A stretch of 64,000 nt of DNA from Setoptus koraiensis (taxonomy: Eukaryota; Animalia; Arthropoda): assembly GCA_048013815.1 (NCBI GenBank), contig CM106586.1:1674001-1738000 (forward strand). The letters run 5' to 3'. A program made the translations under genes and the position numbers. Under the pieces are notes generated by a model. That model was not told the DNA's origin, did no database searches, and was given only the letters and a program-made list of their open reading frames with translations. Shown one piece after another: positions 50,242 to 62,300 of this stretch (positions are counted from its first letter, which is position 1; every line of letters starts with the position of its first letter).

Positions 50242-51008
50242 GTTTGTGTTGTACCTTTGAGTGGGTATATCTGATAAAGTAATACTATTTCTGGTGGTAT
50301 GAGTTATTCTGAATGAAAAATGAATATTTACATGGATGAAGTCGATTCAAATGAGAGACAGAATGAATCACATGTTTTCTATTTTCAATCAGGATGGCTC
50401 TAATTCTTCATGTCTATCAGCGCGCATTTTGAAGCTCATAAATATTTAGTGAGATATCCATGAATATGTGCATTTTGAGGCTTATTCTTGAGTGCGCATG
50501 CACCCCAATTCATATAGATGTATTCGCGCGATCCAAATAAAGACAGTTGAATGAAAAAAAATTTCTTGTGCATTTGTATTACGCGCTTCAAGTGCCGGCC
50601 AAATTGTTCGAATTTGTACAACTTTACTGTACGTTTGTACAGTGGTGCTCGTTTATAGTATGGTGTGTCTAGCGTATTGGCAATTCATTTAAACATCCAT
50701 CTGCGACCTATTCTCATTGTGTCAACCGGCGTCATTGTGCCAGCAGCACAGTGTGCTCTCTCATGGCACATTCTCTGAGTCTGCCGTGTACCATAGCAGC
50801 AATGCTAGAACATACTGAAAATATGCCACACATACAGACAGACATATGTCGTGTGTGTGCGCATCAAAGGAACATTTCAGCTTGTGTGTGTGTCTGTGTG
50901 TGTGTCCATTTAGTAGCGAGCACATTTTTCTCCGGTTCGACCATACCACACTTGCTCCATGGACACAGACACACAGACAGACGGTATAGATAACCTAGAG
51001 CTAGAATG

Positions 51009-51140
51009 AGAAAAAGAGAAAAAAAAGAGAGGGAGAAAGAGGAAAAGAGAGAATCGATGTGTGTAATCATATTGAAATAAAAGAGCAAAAGAGAGCGAGA
51101 GGGAGGGAGAGAGAGACAGAGAGAGAGAGAGAGAAAGAGC
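51009..51140. repeat. GA-rich purine tract between the divergent mago and Tudor-SN starts
   Basis: Nearly pure A/G stretches including GAGAG runs. A possible GAGA-type regulatory role is inference only. Confidence 0.7.
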
Positions 51141-51795
51141 CAACTATACCACATCACGTCATTCTATTTTTAGATCATTATCCGTATCTAATATTAATTA
51201 GAAGGCCCAATCAATTATTTATATATAACGAGAGAGTGCGTGAGAATAAAGCTACTATTAAACTCTTTGTCTTCGAACAAAACACTCACACAATCAGATA
51301 TATTGTTTACACACATTCAAATTTAATTACCACCTCCATCACTGTTAGGTATTTAGCAATTAACCACAATAAATCTCTTCAATATTGAGGAGTTTATCTC
51401 GTACTACTATTACTATTACTACCACCACTACTGCTATCACCACTACCATTACGTTATATTGAGATCTAAAAGCTATCACATCACCACCACCTTCTCAACC
51501 ATCATCACCACTACTACCTGCGTCACTTCAGACAACTACTACAACCACATTGTAGCCGATCACAATTCAATCACCACTATCAAAAACCCACTATTGCTAT
51601 TAAACCAAACTATTTCTAGAATTGGCCTTATATCAACACTATTACTACCATTGATACTGTTACCAACAACAATATTACTGATTATTAACTAAACCATTAT
51701 CATTCAACAATCAATCAATCAAAAATAAATCAAAAATTGAAAAAAATCACAGAATTAAATTATTCCTCTTAAATTAAATTTAACACCAAGTAGTT

Positions 51796-54700
51796 ATGTA
51801 TCAGGACGTTAATCAAGCGAAACCGCCGCCACCATTCGCTCCAACGATGGCCAGTGCTGCGGCAAGCCACGTTGCGCAACAGCCGACTCTACAATATTTA
51901 GCGCAACAGTTAGATCCGGCAGCGGCTGTTGCCGCCGCCGCAGCAGCAGCTGCTGCCGGTGTCTCTCACAACGTGGCACCAACTGCAGCCGCCATGGCTA
52001 TGGCAGCCAGCGCAATTGTGGCAGGAGGCCAGCAAACTCTAGTTAAGAGAGTAGTGAAAGGAGTTATCTCTGGAGACTATCTAGTCTTGAGAGACCAACC
52101 GAGAGGGGGACCCCCACCGGAATACTACGTTAATTTGGCGCATGTGCAGGCACCAAGATTTAACCGAACACCAGGCGATGGCGAAGGCAAATCCAGCATA
52201 CTAGAGCCATGGGCATGGGAGGCTAAGGAATATTTAACTAAGCGCCTCATTGGACAGGAAGTGTTCTTCCGAAGCGACTATACCAGGCCCGCCGGACAAA
52301 TGGGCGGAGCAACTAGTGGTATCGCTAGTGGCAATCGCGATTTCGGTACTATATTTCTAGGCGAGGAAAATATTGTCGAAACCATGGTGCGTGAGGGTCT
52401 GCTTGAGGTTCGCGTAACTAAGACCGAATCGCCCATTCTGCAGCAATTGATCGAGGCTGAAGAGGCCGCCAAAGCTGCTGGCGTTGGACGATGGTCGCGA
52501 GAGCCGCCCAAAAAGCGAGAATTGATTCATGAGCATCCGCAACCGAATCAACTGAAAGGAAAAAATTTCAATGGTACAGTTGAGGTCGTTCGCAACGGTG
52601 GTGCCTTACAAGTCTATCTCGAATTGGAGGAGGGATCCAAATATTTGAGCGCCAACGTTATGGTAAGCGGTATAAGATGTCCAGACAAAAACAAAGCCAC
52701 TGAGACCAAATTCTCTGAAGAGGCCAAATATTTCACAGAGTCACGCCTACTAAACAGAGAAGTGAAAGTGCATATTGAAAAGATCACCACAGAAAGAAGT
52801 CAAACAGCATTCCTCGCCTCAGTCTTCCTTGGACAAAACAATCTTGCTGAGGCCCTATTAAAACAAGGCATGGCCAGATGTTTTGATGCTAGCATCACTC
52901 TCACTAAAGCCCCAGAGAAATTGAGAGCAGCTGAAAAAGAGGCAAAATCTAAACGTCTACGTATCTGGGAGAACTATGTCGACAGAGGTGATGGTCCATC
53001 TGAGTCTTTTGAAGCTAAAGTGCTTGAAGTAGTAAGTGGAGATCAATTGATGGTGCAAAATCTGTTGACTAATGAAGTCAAGAAGATATTCTTGGCCTCA
53101 ATCAGACTTGGTGCACCTGTTGATCGGGATCGTCAACGTGACCAAAAGCAAGCTTCCACAATTGACTTCACTGAACCAGCGAAGACGCCAGCAAAACAGC
53201 CAGCTGGCAAATCTAGCCAACCAGTTCAGGCCGAACCACCCAGATCATCAGTGCCTCGTATTTTTGAAAATCCCATACTATTCAACGCACGGGAATTACT
53301 ACGCAAGAAATTACTGGGCAAGAAAGTTTTGGTCAAGGTTGAATACGTACAACCAAAATCCGATTCATATCCTGAAAAACTCTGCTGCACAGTAGTACCG
53401 GCAGATCAACCTAAATGGAATTGTGCGGAAGCACTTGTTAGTCGTGGTTATGCTTCCGTCAATAAATTCATGTCTGATGATACCCAGAGAGCATCAAACT
53501 TTGATGAGCTCCTGAAAGCCGAACAAAATGCACTAAAGACTAAGGACACAAAGGACAAAGATAAGCAAAAGGAACTCGCACCGTTGAAGATAGTCGATTT
53601 ATGCAACGACTTAGCACGCGCCAAGCAATTATATCCATTTTTATCCAGAACGAGAAAGGATGCTGTTGTTGAATTTGTTTATTCAGCGTCCAGATTCAAA
53701 ATGTTCTTAGCTAAGGAAAACAACTCATTGCTCAACCTCATCTTGGCTGGTGTTAATGTCCCGCGGGACCCTGAGGCACTGAAAAATGAGGCAACAACCA
53801 CAGCTAAGCTACTTGTTCATCAACGTGATGTTTCTATACAAATTGACAGCATGGATAAGAAAGGCAACTTTATCGGTTGGATTTTTTACAAGGGTGAAGA
53901 TAATAAAGAAACTAGTATCAACTTGCAGCTCGTTAAACTAGGATTCGCACAAGTCCGCGACTCAAGCGCCGCATCAACATTGAACGAGCTCAAATCAGCT
54001 GAAGTGGTTGCCCGAGAAAAGAAACTGGGTCTATGGCTGACCTACCAAGAGCCTAAAGTTGGCCACGAAGAGCCTGCTGCTCCAGTTGAGGCTATTGATG
54101 AAAATGAGACTCCCGAAGATGAATCATCAGCAGCCAATGCAACTGCAAATGCTCTAGCCGCCAAGGAAGCCGAGTTAATGAAAAACCGTAAGCCTGTAAT
54201 CGTCACATTTGCCCACATCGAAGAGACTGTTGTCCGCGTCTTCGTACAATCTTTCGAAGATGGAGCCAAATTAGAGGAATTGATGAAACAGATGAGATCA
54301 GATCTTCCGGTCACAGGTGGTAAAAAGAGTGGCTCTGGCGAGGGTTACACCCCAAGCAGAAACGAGATTGTTGCAGCCCGATTCAGTGAAGATAAGCAGT
54401 GGTATAGGGCTAAGGTTGAGAAGGTTATCTCGCCGCAAGAGATTGAAATATTATACATAGACTATGGTAACAGGGAAAAGGTTAAGTCTCGTGACTTGGC
54501 TAAGCTTTCTCCAAAATTTGCATCACCAGATCCATGTGCCAAGGAATACGCCCTTGCCTTTATTGAGGTTTCCACCCATGATGAGGATTGGGTGAAGGAG
54601 GCCAGACGCGCATTTGTTGAATCGACATTGGGCAAGATGCTTCTACGAATTGAATACAAAGATCCCACATCCAACCTAGAAGCTGTATCCCTGGTTGATG

Positions 54701-54909
54701 ATCAATCCAAGACTGATGTCGGCAAGAAGCTGGTTGAGGAGGGTCTCTTGATCACTCAACGTAGACGGGAACGCAAACTTATGCGAACCATCAACGAATA
54801 TCTCCAAGCTGAGAAGACTGCAAGAAGAAACAGAACTAATATGTGGCAATACGGAGATTTCACTAAAGATGACGCTAAAGAGTTTGGTCACCGTTCTGTT
54901 GCTGCATGA
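51796..54909 (+). CDS. Tudor-SN: Tudor staphylococcal nuclease (SND1/p100), intronless, 1037 aa, with an Ala-rich N-terminal extension
   Basis: SN repeats (VISGDYLVLR..PRGGPPPE, EPWAWEAKEYL, VEFVYSASRFK, HQRDVSIQIDSMDKKGNFIGW), a Tudor domain (ARFSEDKQWYRAKVEKV...YIDYGNRE) and the C-terminal MWQYGDF...DAKEFG. Confidence 0.97.
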   Translation: MYQDVNQAKPPPPFAPTMASAAASHVAQQPTLQYLAQQLDPAAAVAAAAAAAAAGVSHNVAPTAAAMAMAASAIVAGGQQTLVKRVVKGVISGDYLVLRDQPRGGPPPEYYVNLAHVQAPRFNRTPGDGEGKSSILEPWAWEAKEYLTKRLIGQEVFFRSDYTRPAGQMGGATSGIASGNRDFGTIFLGEENIVETMVREGLLEVRVTKTESPILQQLIEAEEAAKAAGVGRWSREPPKKRELIHEHPQPNQLKGKNFNGTVEVVRNGGALQVYLELEEGSKYLSANVMVSGIRCPDKNKATETKFSEEAKYFTESRLLNREVKVHIEKITTERSQTAFLASVFLGQNNLAEALLKQGMARCFDASITLTKAPEKLRAAEKEAKSKRLRIWENYVDRGDGPSESFEAKVLEVVSGDQLMVQNLLTNEVKKIFLASIRLGAPVDRDRQRDQKQASTIDFTEPAKTPAKQPAGKSSQPVQAEPPRSSVPRIFENPILFNARELLRKKLLGKKVLVKVEYVQPKSDSYPEKLCCTVVPADQPKWNCAEALVSRGYASVNKFMSDDTQRASNFDELLKAEQNALKTKDTKDKDKQKELAPLKIVDLCNDLARAKQLYPFLSRTRKDAVVEFVYSASRFKMFLAKENNSLLNLILAGVNVPRDPEALKNEATTTAKLLVHQRDVSIQIDSMDKKGNFIGWIFYKGEDNKETSINLQLVKLGFAQVRDSSAASTLNELKSAEVVAREKKLGLWLTYQEPKVGHEEPAAPVEAIDENETPEDESSAANATANALAAKEAELMKNRKPVIVTFAHIEETVVRVFVQSFEDGAKLEELMKQMRSDLPVTGGKKSGSGEGYTPSRNEIVAARFSEDKQWYRAKVEKVISPQEIEILYIDYGNREKVKSRDLAKLSPKFASPDPCAKEYALAFIEVSTHDEDWVKEARRAFVESTLGKMLLRIEYKDPTSNLEAVSLVDDQSKTDVGKKLVEEGLLITQRRRERKLMRTINEYLQAEKTARRNRTNMWQYGDFTKDDAKEFGHRSVAA

Positions 54910-55844
54910 TAATACAAATACACCAAAATCAAACTATATAATAATCATATATCTATTCAAAAATATTATAAGCTGTCATAGATCTGTAGTCAGGATCTCA
55001 ATCCATGGTCGCTCATTTTTGTCTATTTGAGCTTGTTATTTATTTGCATCATCCAAATTGATGTACTGGCTTCATCATCACAGGGTAAATAGTAATACTA
55101 TATAAAGTGGACATAGATGAACATATGAAAAGAGAACTACAACTTAATGGTCCAATACTACGAACAGACGAAAAGAAGATAATATAATTCAGTGAGAGAT
55201 CAGTTATACATTTGGTGACAATCAGCCTCTCATTGATAGAAAGAGTGACAGGTGACGAATGAATTGACTGAATGATTGTGTCGCTGATGTAAATGACATA
55301 GATTCAACATCGATGAGAAAATCGATTTGTAACACTTGTATCAAACCGACTGTTAGAACTAGGTTCGATTAAGGTTACACACACAATAAAGGTCCATAAC
55401 ACAAGGACTAGCATGTAAAAATTAGTTGAATTTTGTTACTTGAATTTAGTGGTATTTTGTGTGTGTGCATTGGAGAGCCACTAGTTATGTTCGTCTTCGT
55501 TCAACCGCATTCTCTGTTTCGTCGAAAAAGCAGAAAAAGAGCTGCTAGTATTGGTTAGGGTATGGTTGCTGAAGAGAAGAAGACGATTAATTGTAAAAGG
55601 GTCTTCTTCTGTTGTGTTTGTGAGTGAATTTGATTGAATGGAAACTTCGGACAATCATTTAATTTTACCCATTGATTGTCACAGGCGAAGTATGTAAGCC
55701 TATTTCATCGATGGAGGAAAAGTTGTTTCGAGAGTTGTTATCGTAGCAGACGGACAAAGTGGAGAATCTCTAAATTTGGTAGAAGTGGCAAGATTCTCTT
55801 CAGCAATCGGCTACCAGTGTCCACCATTCAGTGTGAACTTTTTC

Positions 55845-55897
<53 letters not shown>

Positions 55898-57331
55898 GAG
55901 TCCCTATGCCTCTCTGTCTCTTTAATCATGATGATAGATGTACATTTTCTCGAATCTTATGTTCGACACTGCAACATTGATGTGGTTGATTGTGATCATT
56001 CCTGTAGCGCAATGTATCAAGTCGCTCCTTGATCGGCGGCAACCATCTAACCAGAGCCAGAGATGAGACCATCCCAAGACTTGAGAGAGCGCCATCAAGT
56101 GAAACGACCGTTATTACATAAAACACACTGCTTATTTGCGATGTGAGTGAGGATCGTGTCAGGCGGATATCATTGTACTATTGCTAGTAGCTTATACTAT
56201 ATGAGCTAGGACACATGTCGACTATTCCACTGTTACTTGTATTGTCACCAAAAATAGGTCATCAGTGGTTATCGATTGGCGGTTTATTTGAGATGAACCA
56301 AACGAATAAGAAGAACAAGAAGCGACGCTCATTCACTGGAGGGATCGACGATGTCCCTGTTGATATGGAGAGCATCTGTCAGGTTGGTAACAGGAGTGAG
56401 AGCGAGAGGTGAGGGCACGATGAAATAGGTACGAATAAGTCTATCATTAGCATCATTGGTTACTCATTGGAGATGGATAATAAATCATCATGATGGCTAT
56501 GGCCGAAACTATCCACTCTCCTAATATAATAATAATAATAGTAGTAGTAGTAAGTCGACACTGCAGCGGCCATAGCAGCGAGATCAGAGAGAATAACTAG
56601 ATTGTTGATAGTTGCTCACAAGCTGTTATCTAACCAGTCTTATCTGTCTGAGAATGTGTAGTGGGATTGTAACTGTCTATTGACTATCAATTGTACTCTA
56701 CTTTGGTTTCCATCTTCCAATAGATGCAATGGTTGTTTTACCAGAGGCTTAACTAGCACACTAGCCCAACTAGCTATCGATCGATGTTGCAACAATTACA
56801 TAGGCAAGGTCCTGTAGGCCAAATCCACTAGTAGGTTTATTTGGTCACTAGTAGGTCTATTCGGCCACTAGTTGTGAGCACCATTCAGCCATGCAGCCAT
56901 GCAACCAATGAAGAGTATTATAATTGGTAGTGAGCGATTTGAACTGGGACAGATTAAACGAGAAACAAAGAAACAGAGACGCTGTCAGAGAGTTGTAGCA
57001 GTTGTTACGTAACGATTGCTGGTGGACATCAAAACAATAGTATTGACGGGAGAGTCACACAGGTACGTGTATTTTGGATCGTCACTAACAATTAACGAGC
57101 CCAGCGAGTCAGCTGATACTCATCTAATCATCCGAGCCTGGAGGTGGATAGTACGTGTGTAATCGACTTTCAAAGAGCGACAGAGGGAAGAAGCAGGCAG
57201 GCAGACAGGCAGACAGAAAGAAAAAGAAATGTGAAATAGGACGCCTTTCTATGGACCGGCAGTGGACACAACAGCAACAACTTTATTGTGAGTGTTTACT
57301 CACATCCGCTAATTAATCTCTCTTTCTGTAG

Positions 57332-57399
57332 TTGGCTGCGTGTGTTTATATGGCGCTCATTCATATATGATGGCGACCACAGTTGGTTTGCGCACATAG
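57332..57399 (+). other. Putative internal exon of an unidentified gene
   Basis: Branch-like gctaat, pyrimidine tract and acceptor ctctctttctgtag, then 68 nt and a donor ag|gtgagt. One open frame reads WLRVFIWRSFIYDGDHSWFAHI. Confidence 0.3.
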
Positions 57400-58798
57400 G
57401 TGAGTGTTGTTGTTGTTGCTGGTGTCCGGTGTCCGGTGATTTGATGGACTAATGATGCCTATTTTGCATTGTTTCTGGTGCTGGTTGCATGCATAGGGAT
57501 ATCTCTTCAGTTATGACTGTGCACAGTAGTGGTTCACGTTGATAGGGACAACGGGTCATTGTCATTTTTGTCGCTTACAAGTTGTTAGTGTGTTCATAGT
57601 CATGCATACACTATGGAGGGCGACAATGGTCACCGAATGCCACTGTGTTGCTAATGTGACAACAACGACGACAATGACAGCAACATTTTTTGGGCGTCTC
57701 TCCTGTGTCGTGGCTGCTAAAATTTCAATACTATTCTATTAGTGTTGCCGTAATAGTGGCAGGTAAGTGCATCTTGGTTGCCATTGAATGTGTTGCGACC
57801 ACTTGAAGCGGAAATGCTTTGAGAGCACACTGAAGTGATGTAGACAAAAAATGGACAACAGCAAAAAACATTTAGTCGCACGTTCATTCTAATCCATTTA
57901 TTTCTAATCTATGCGCGCTCTCGTCATCATTGATATTTTGTTTAAGACAACGATATTATTATTCAATTGCAGCCACATGGTCGTGCATCGAGCCAATCTA
58001 AGCGAATTTCACCGAGGAAACAATCACTAACTAATAGCACATGAGAGAACAATCAACGCCATTGGGCATTCCAATTGAGGCTACAGTGCAACTAGGATAA
58101 TATGCAAATGAATAATGGAAAAGTTTAATTCTTGCGCCAAGCGAAGGTAAGTCGGCATAACTAGCCAATGGTGTGAGCCAATGACATCAATATCAGCCAG
58201 CAATATCAGTCTGCTGCTGGCCGATGTAGAGGAGCGATTGTTAATTGGCATTAGCTTAGTTTGTCAGCATCAATTGCGTATTATTACCATTCGTCATTTG
58301 ATTTATGGCCAAAAACTAAAAAGTGGAACTCTCTCCCGGCGCGACCGTATTCAAATTACCAATTTGAATGCGCAAATTCAAATTAGAGAGAGGGAGAGAG
58401 AGAGAGAGAGAGAGTTTTAAGTCTGGTGGCAACTATGCCTGAGGCTCAGATTTGAAAACTAATTATTTCGTTTCTCTTTGTTGTTGTTCTTGTTGTATCG
58501 GTATTAACACACAACTCACTATTATGCAGATAAGCAGCAAAGGCAGTGGATATCTAAATCAAAAGGAGTGTATACAATCGTACACAATAGTGACCCCTTT
58601 CTATTTGGTCTCATTAATATAAATCATAGCAATAGCAATAATTGTCAGCCTCCCATTGCAGCAATAAACAACAAAAACAAAAATTACAGTTAGCTCGAGG
58701 GAGCCTCAAGGAAGTTGATGGCCGTTGAGCATCATCATTAGTGCTAGCATACTTGTTCCTGTAGTGGCAGTAGCAGACAGTAGAATAGTAAAGACGTT

Positions 58799-58935
58799 AT
58801 GACGTGCATTGAGAGAGATTATCATATCGGACAAGAGTTGTTTGAAAAGTTTGAGAACATGGCCAAGAAGAACGGCAGCAATGGCACCGGCAACGAGAAT
58901 AGAGTAGCGGCAACATATAACAGAAACAGAAACAG

Positions 58936-59015
<80 letters not shown>

Positions 59016-59393
59016 ACATCAATGACCACTGGCAATGGGAACATTTGGAACTGATGAGCGACTTGCACACATCGACATCGTTGGAAGCGAAGGAACTAAA
59101 GCAGTCGAGCCAACAACAACAACTACAAACAACAAGTCAATTGTTGTTATATAAACAACAACAACAACAAGTTCAAGATCAAATTATATTGAGCAGAGCA
59201 ACTCTTGATAAATTAAACAATAAAAAATTGGAACAGTTTGCTCATGGCGTGTGCCACAGTCCATTTAGTGCCAGTCACCGCCAACGACAAGCTCAAGTCG
59301 TCAGGCCTACTCTACCAGCAGCAACTACAACGACGACCACGACGACCACGACGACGACGGCGACGAGACCCAATCTCAACAATAGAGCAGCAG
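58799..59393 (+). CDS. Possible coding exon of an unidentified low-complexity (N/Q/T-rich) protein, ending at a CAG|GTGAGC donor
   Basis: 219-codon ORF in the track. Non-repetitive segments (ERDYHIGQELFEKFENMAK, DINDHWQWEHLELMSDL, QDQIILSRATLDKLNNKKLEQFAHGVC) flank the repeats. A strong donor lies at 59394. Confidence 0.3.
58937..59011. repeat. (AAC)25 trinucleotide microsatellite
   Basis: Perfect run, the longest trinucleotide tract in the window. Confidence 0.95.
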
Positions 59394-62300
59394 GTGAGCT
59401 AATAAGCAACAACAACAAGTGTTTATTGTCGATGATGGTTTATAATAAGTGGCAATAATCCGCACACTCGAACATACTACGATATACGTCGACGTAGTAC
59501 GACAAGGAGCGTGTGCTAGCAATATTTGCGCTTTTAGTTTAATTTGGGTTTGTTGTGAATAAGCGCGGCGCGCAATGATTATGTAATGCTGTTACGCTGT
59601 TATTGCATAATGTGCACCGCACACAACTATATATTATGCAATCATAGCAAATAACATTAGACACACACAAATGCAAAATTTTGCATCGTCGTCTCTCGGT
59701 CGTCGTCTGCTTGATTGATTGGTTCGCGTAGGTGAACGCTAATCAATCACAACTGGGCACACCACCGGCTTATTAACAAGTCACATTAGCTCGGCTCGCT
59801 CGGTGCGGCCGGCCGGCCGTCTAGACTAGGCTAGGCTGGCGATAGCGCCAGGCTAATAGCGGGCGAGTGGTTGCAAGTGCGCCAATGTCATCGCTTGTTT
59901 CGCCGAGAAATCATTCGGCGGCAAGACGAAATCGGCCAGATCGGTTGTTAACCATTAATAACACAGAAACACACGACGACGATGATGATGATAAATTGAT
60001 GAATTGATGACGACGACGACGACGACGACGACGAGAGACCAATGACAGTCATTGACTTGTTGTTATTGGTGGCGCCTAACACGACCGGTTGAATCTTCAA
60101 CAACAGGATTTAATCTAAATCGCAGCAAGTCGGCTAGACGCTTTTGAGATAATCCGCTGCCTAGATTTTGTGTTTGCGAGTGTGTGAGCATTGGTCTACT
60201 TAAAACTAGCTATAGGCACACAGCTAAACATTTGCATATACGACAGACGATTGTATTGCGTGGGCATTATTCCATCTCACTATGGCTCACAATTGGCGGC
60301 GTGATTGTAGCCGTGTGTTAATAGTGATTTTTTGCGCCATGCAAGTTTGTTGTTGTTGTTGTTGCATAACAATCACGATCCCATGTATGATGATACTAGC
60401 CAGGTAGCGGAGTAATACAGTGCAGCCAGAAGCAATAATATTAATATTAATACAGTATTAACAATAGCCGTGTTGGTGTCGCCTGCTGCTGCTGCTGCCG
60501 CTTCTGCTCCTGTCCAGTCAAGCATCCGTTGAGAGAGCAAAACACAACACGGCTATATGTGCACGGTGTTACACCGTGTGAGTGCACCTGAGTGTGGCCC
60601 CCAAGCGAGCATTTGGATGCAATTTGGCTGGCTCGCATAATAAATAAAATGTTGCAGCAACAAGTGGTGTGTGTGTGTGTGTTAGGCAGATTCGAATGAT
60701 CAATGACGAAAGTATAACAACTACAAAACATGCGATATCAGCAGTATAAGTGTAGCAGTGTAAGCAGTTGCGAATTAGTTGCCGCAACTAGTGTGAAAGA
60801 GGTAAGGAGTGCCACCGGCCTGATTGGTGTATCATTATGTAATTAGCATTAAATAAGTATAAATGCAACAACATTACTTTAGGTGGTGGCCTCATCAGCA
60901 GCCTTAACCTTAATTGTGTGTATCGAGTGTGTTGTAGTGTGTTGTAGTGTCTTGGCTGTTGGCTGTTGCTGTTGCAGCCGGGCTCGGGCCATCAATCTTG
61001 GCGCTGTTGTCAAGTTGATGACCATCAACGTTGTTAGCGGCAGTCGGTTGTGGCAGAAGCAGAGGCACCGATAATGAAGCCAGCCAAACAAAGAGGAAGA
61101 CAGGCCTACAGCAGCAGCGACAACAACAGCAACAACAACGACAATCAACTTAATCAAGCCACTAATTGGCGCGGCCACTACCTCTGTTTGTTGTTAGTCG
61201 TCGCAACTTTCAACTTTCTCCTACCGACCAATCTAGCCCCTGCAGCTCTTTGTTGGTCATCCAATCGCCTGTTGGTGGCTGTGTATGGATATGGGCAGGC
61301 CATCCATATAGTATTGCATTGTATTATATTCATTAGAGCGGCAACAGGCAGAGTGGCAACTGTTAGCTGTGAGTGGCGTATCGGGAGCATCGATCTGAGC
61401 GGAGCTCGCATTGTCGACAATGTCGACAAGATAAAATTGGTTTGAGTACAAGCGAGCGACATGTCGGCGTTGTCGGCGTCGTCGTCGTGGTCGTGGTCGT
61501 TGCAACAAACCAACGCTCAAAGGCCCGAGCACAATGCCTTTGCAGCAAATTGTGCTCGGGCAACCGGCAACTGGCCACTCGTAAAAGCTTGATGGATGAA
61601 CGACAGCTAGCAACATGCCAGCAACAGCCACCATAAAGTCACAAGCTGATGGTCATCTTGCGTGGCCGCCTGTTCAAGGTCGCGCAGGTAAAGCAGCTAG
61701 TTCATGAGCAGCTAGTGATGATATTTGTTGTGAGGATATGGCCAGAGTGTGTGTTTTGTGAGCAGAGTAAACATGGTGAGAGTTAATAGCAACAACTGCG
61801 CTTGCCTCCAAAACAACAGCAACAACAACAACAACAACAAGTGCACTAATGTATTATATGTCTGGTCTCACAACAGTGTCAGTGGCATGAGAACAAGGCG
61901 CATTACATGGCAAACAATGGCCATATTTCATGGCGCTTGAACTTTTAGTTGGCAGCTTATTGGCGCACAGTGCCCATACAGACACACAACTGAGAATATC
62001 ATTTCATTTGTTGTGTACAACTCATACGGCCTAAGTGGTGCTGTTGCTCCAATGCGCCTTTTAGTGGCTGCCATTTTTAAACAACATTCACAAACAACGC
62101 CAGACAAAACAAACTGAGCCAACTCGCCCGGTCAACAATAGAGGTAACCTGACCACTGTCCACTGACCAATGTCCGCTGTGCGATGGCCGACGTGCGATG
62201 TCCGACGTGCGATGGCCGATGTGCGATGGCCGGTAATTAAAACGCTCTTGCCGTCTCTTTGCGTGCCAATGATCCCATCGTGTGTGTGTGTATGAGAGGA

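Noticed and set aside
61257-61634. SCHSACC...CNTIWM resembling a MANSC/MANEC domain
   Set aside because: It needs a frameshift and the Cys/Trp spacing does not fit. Likely chance.
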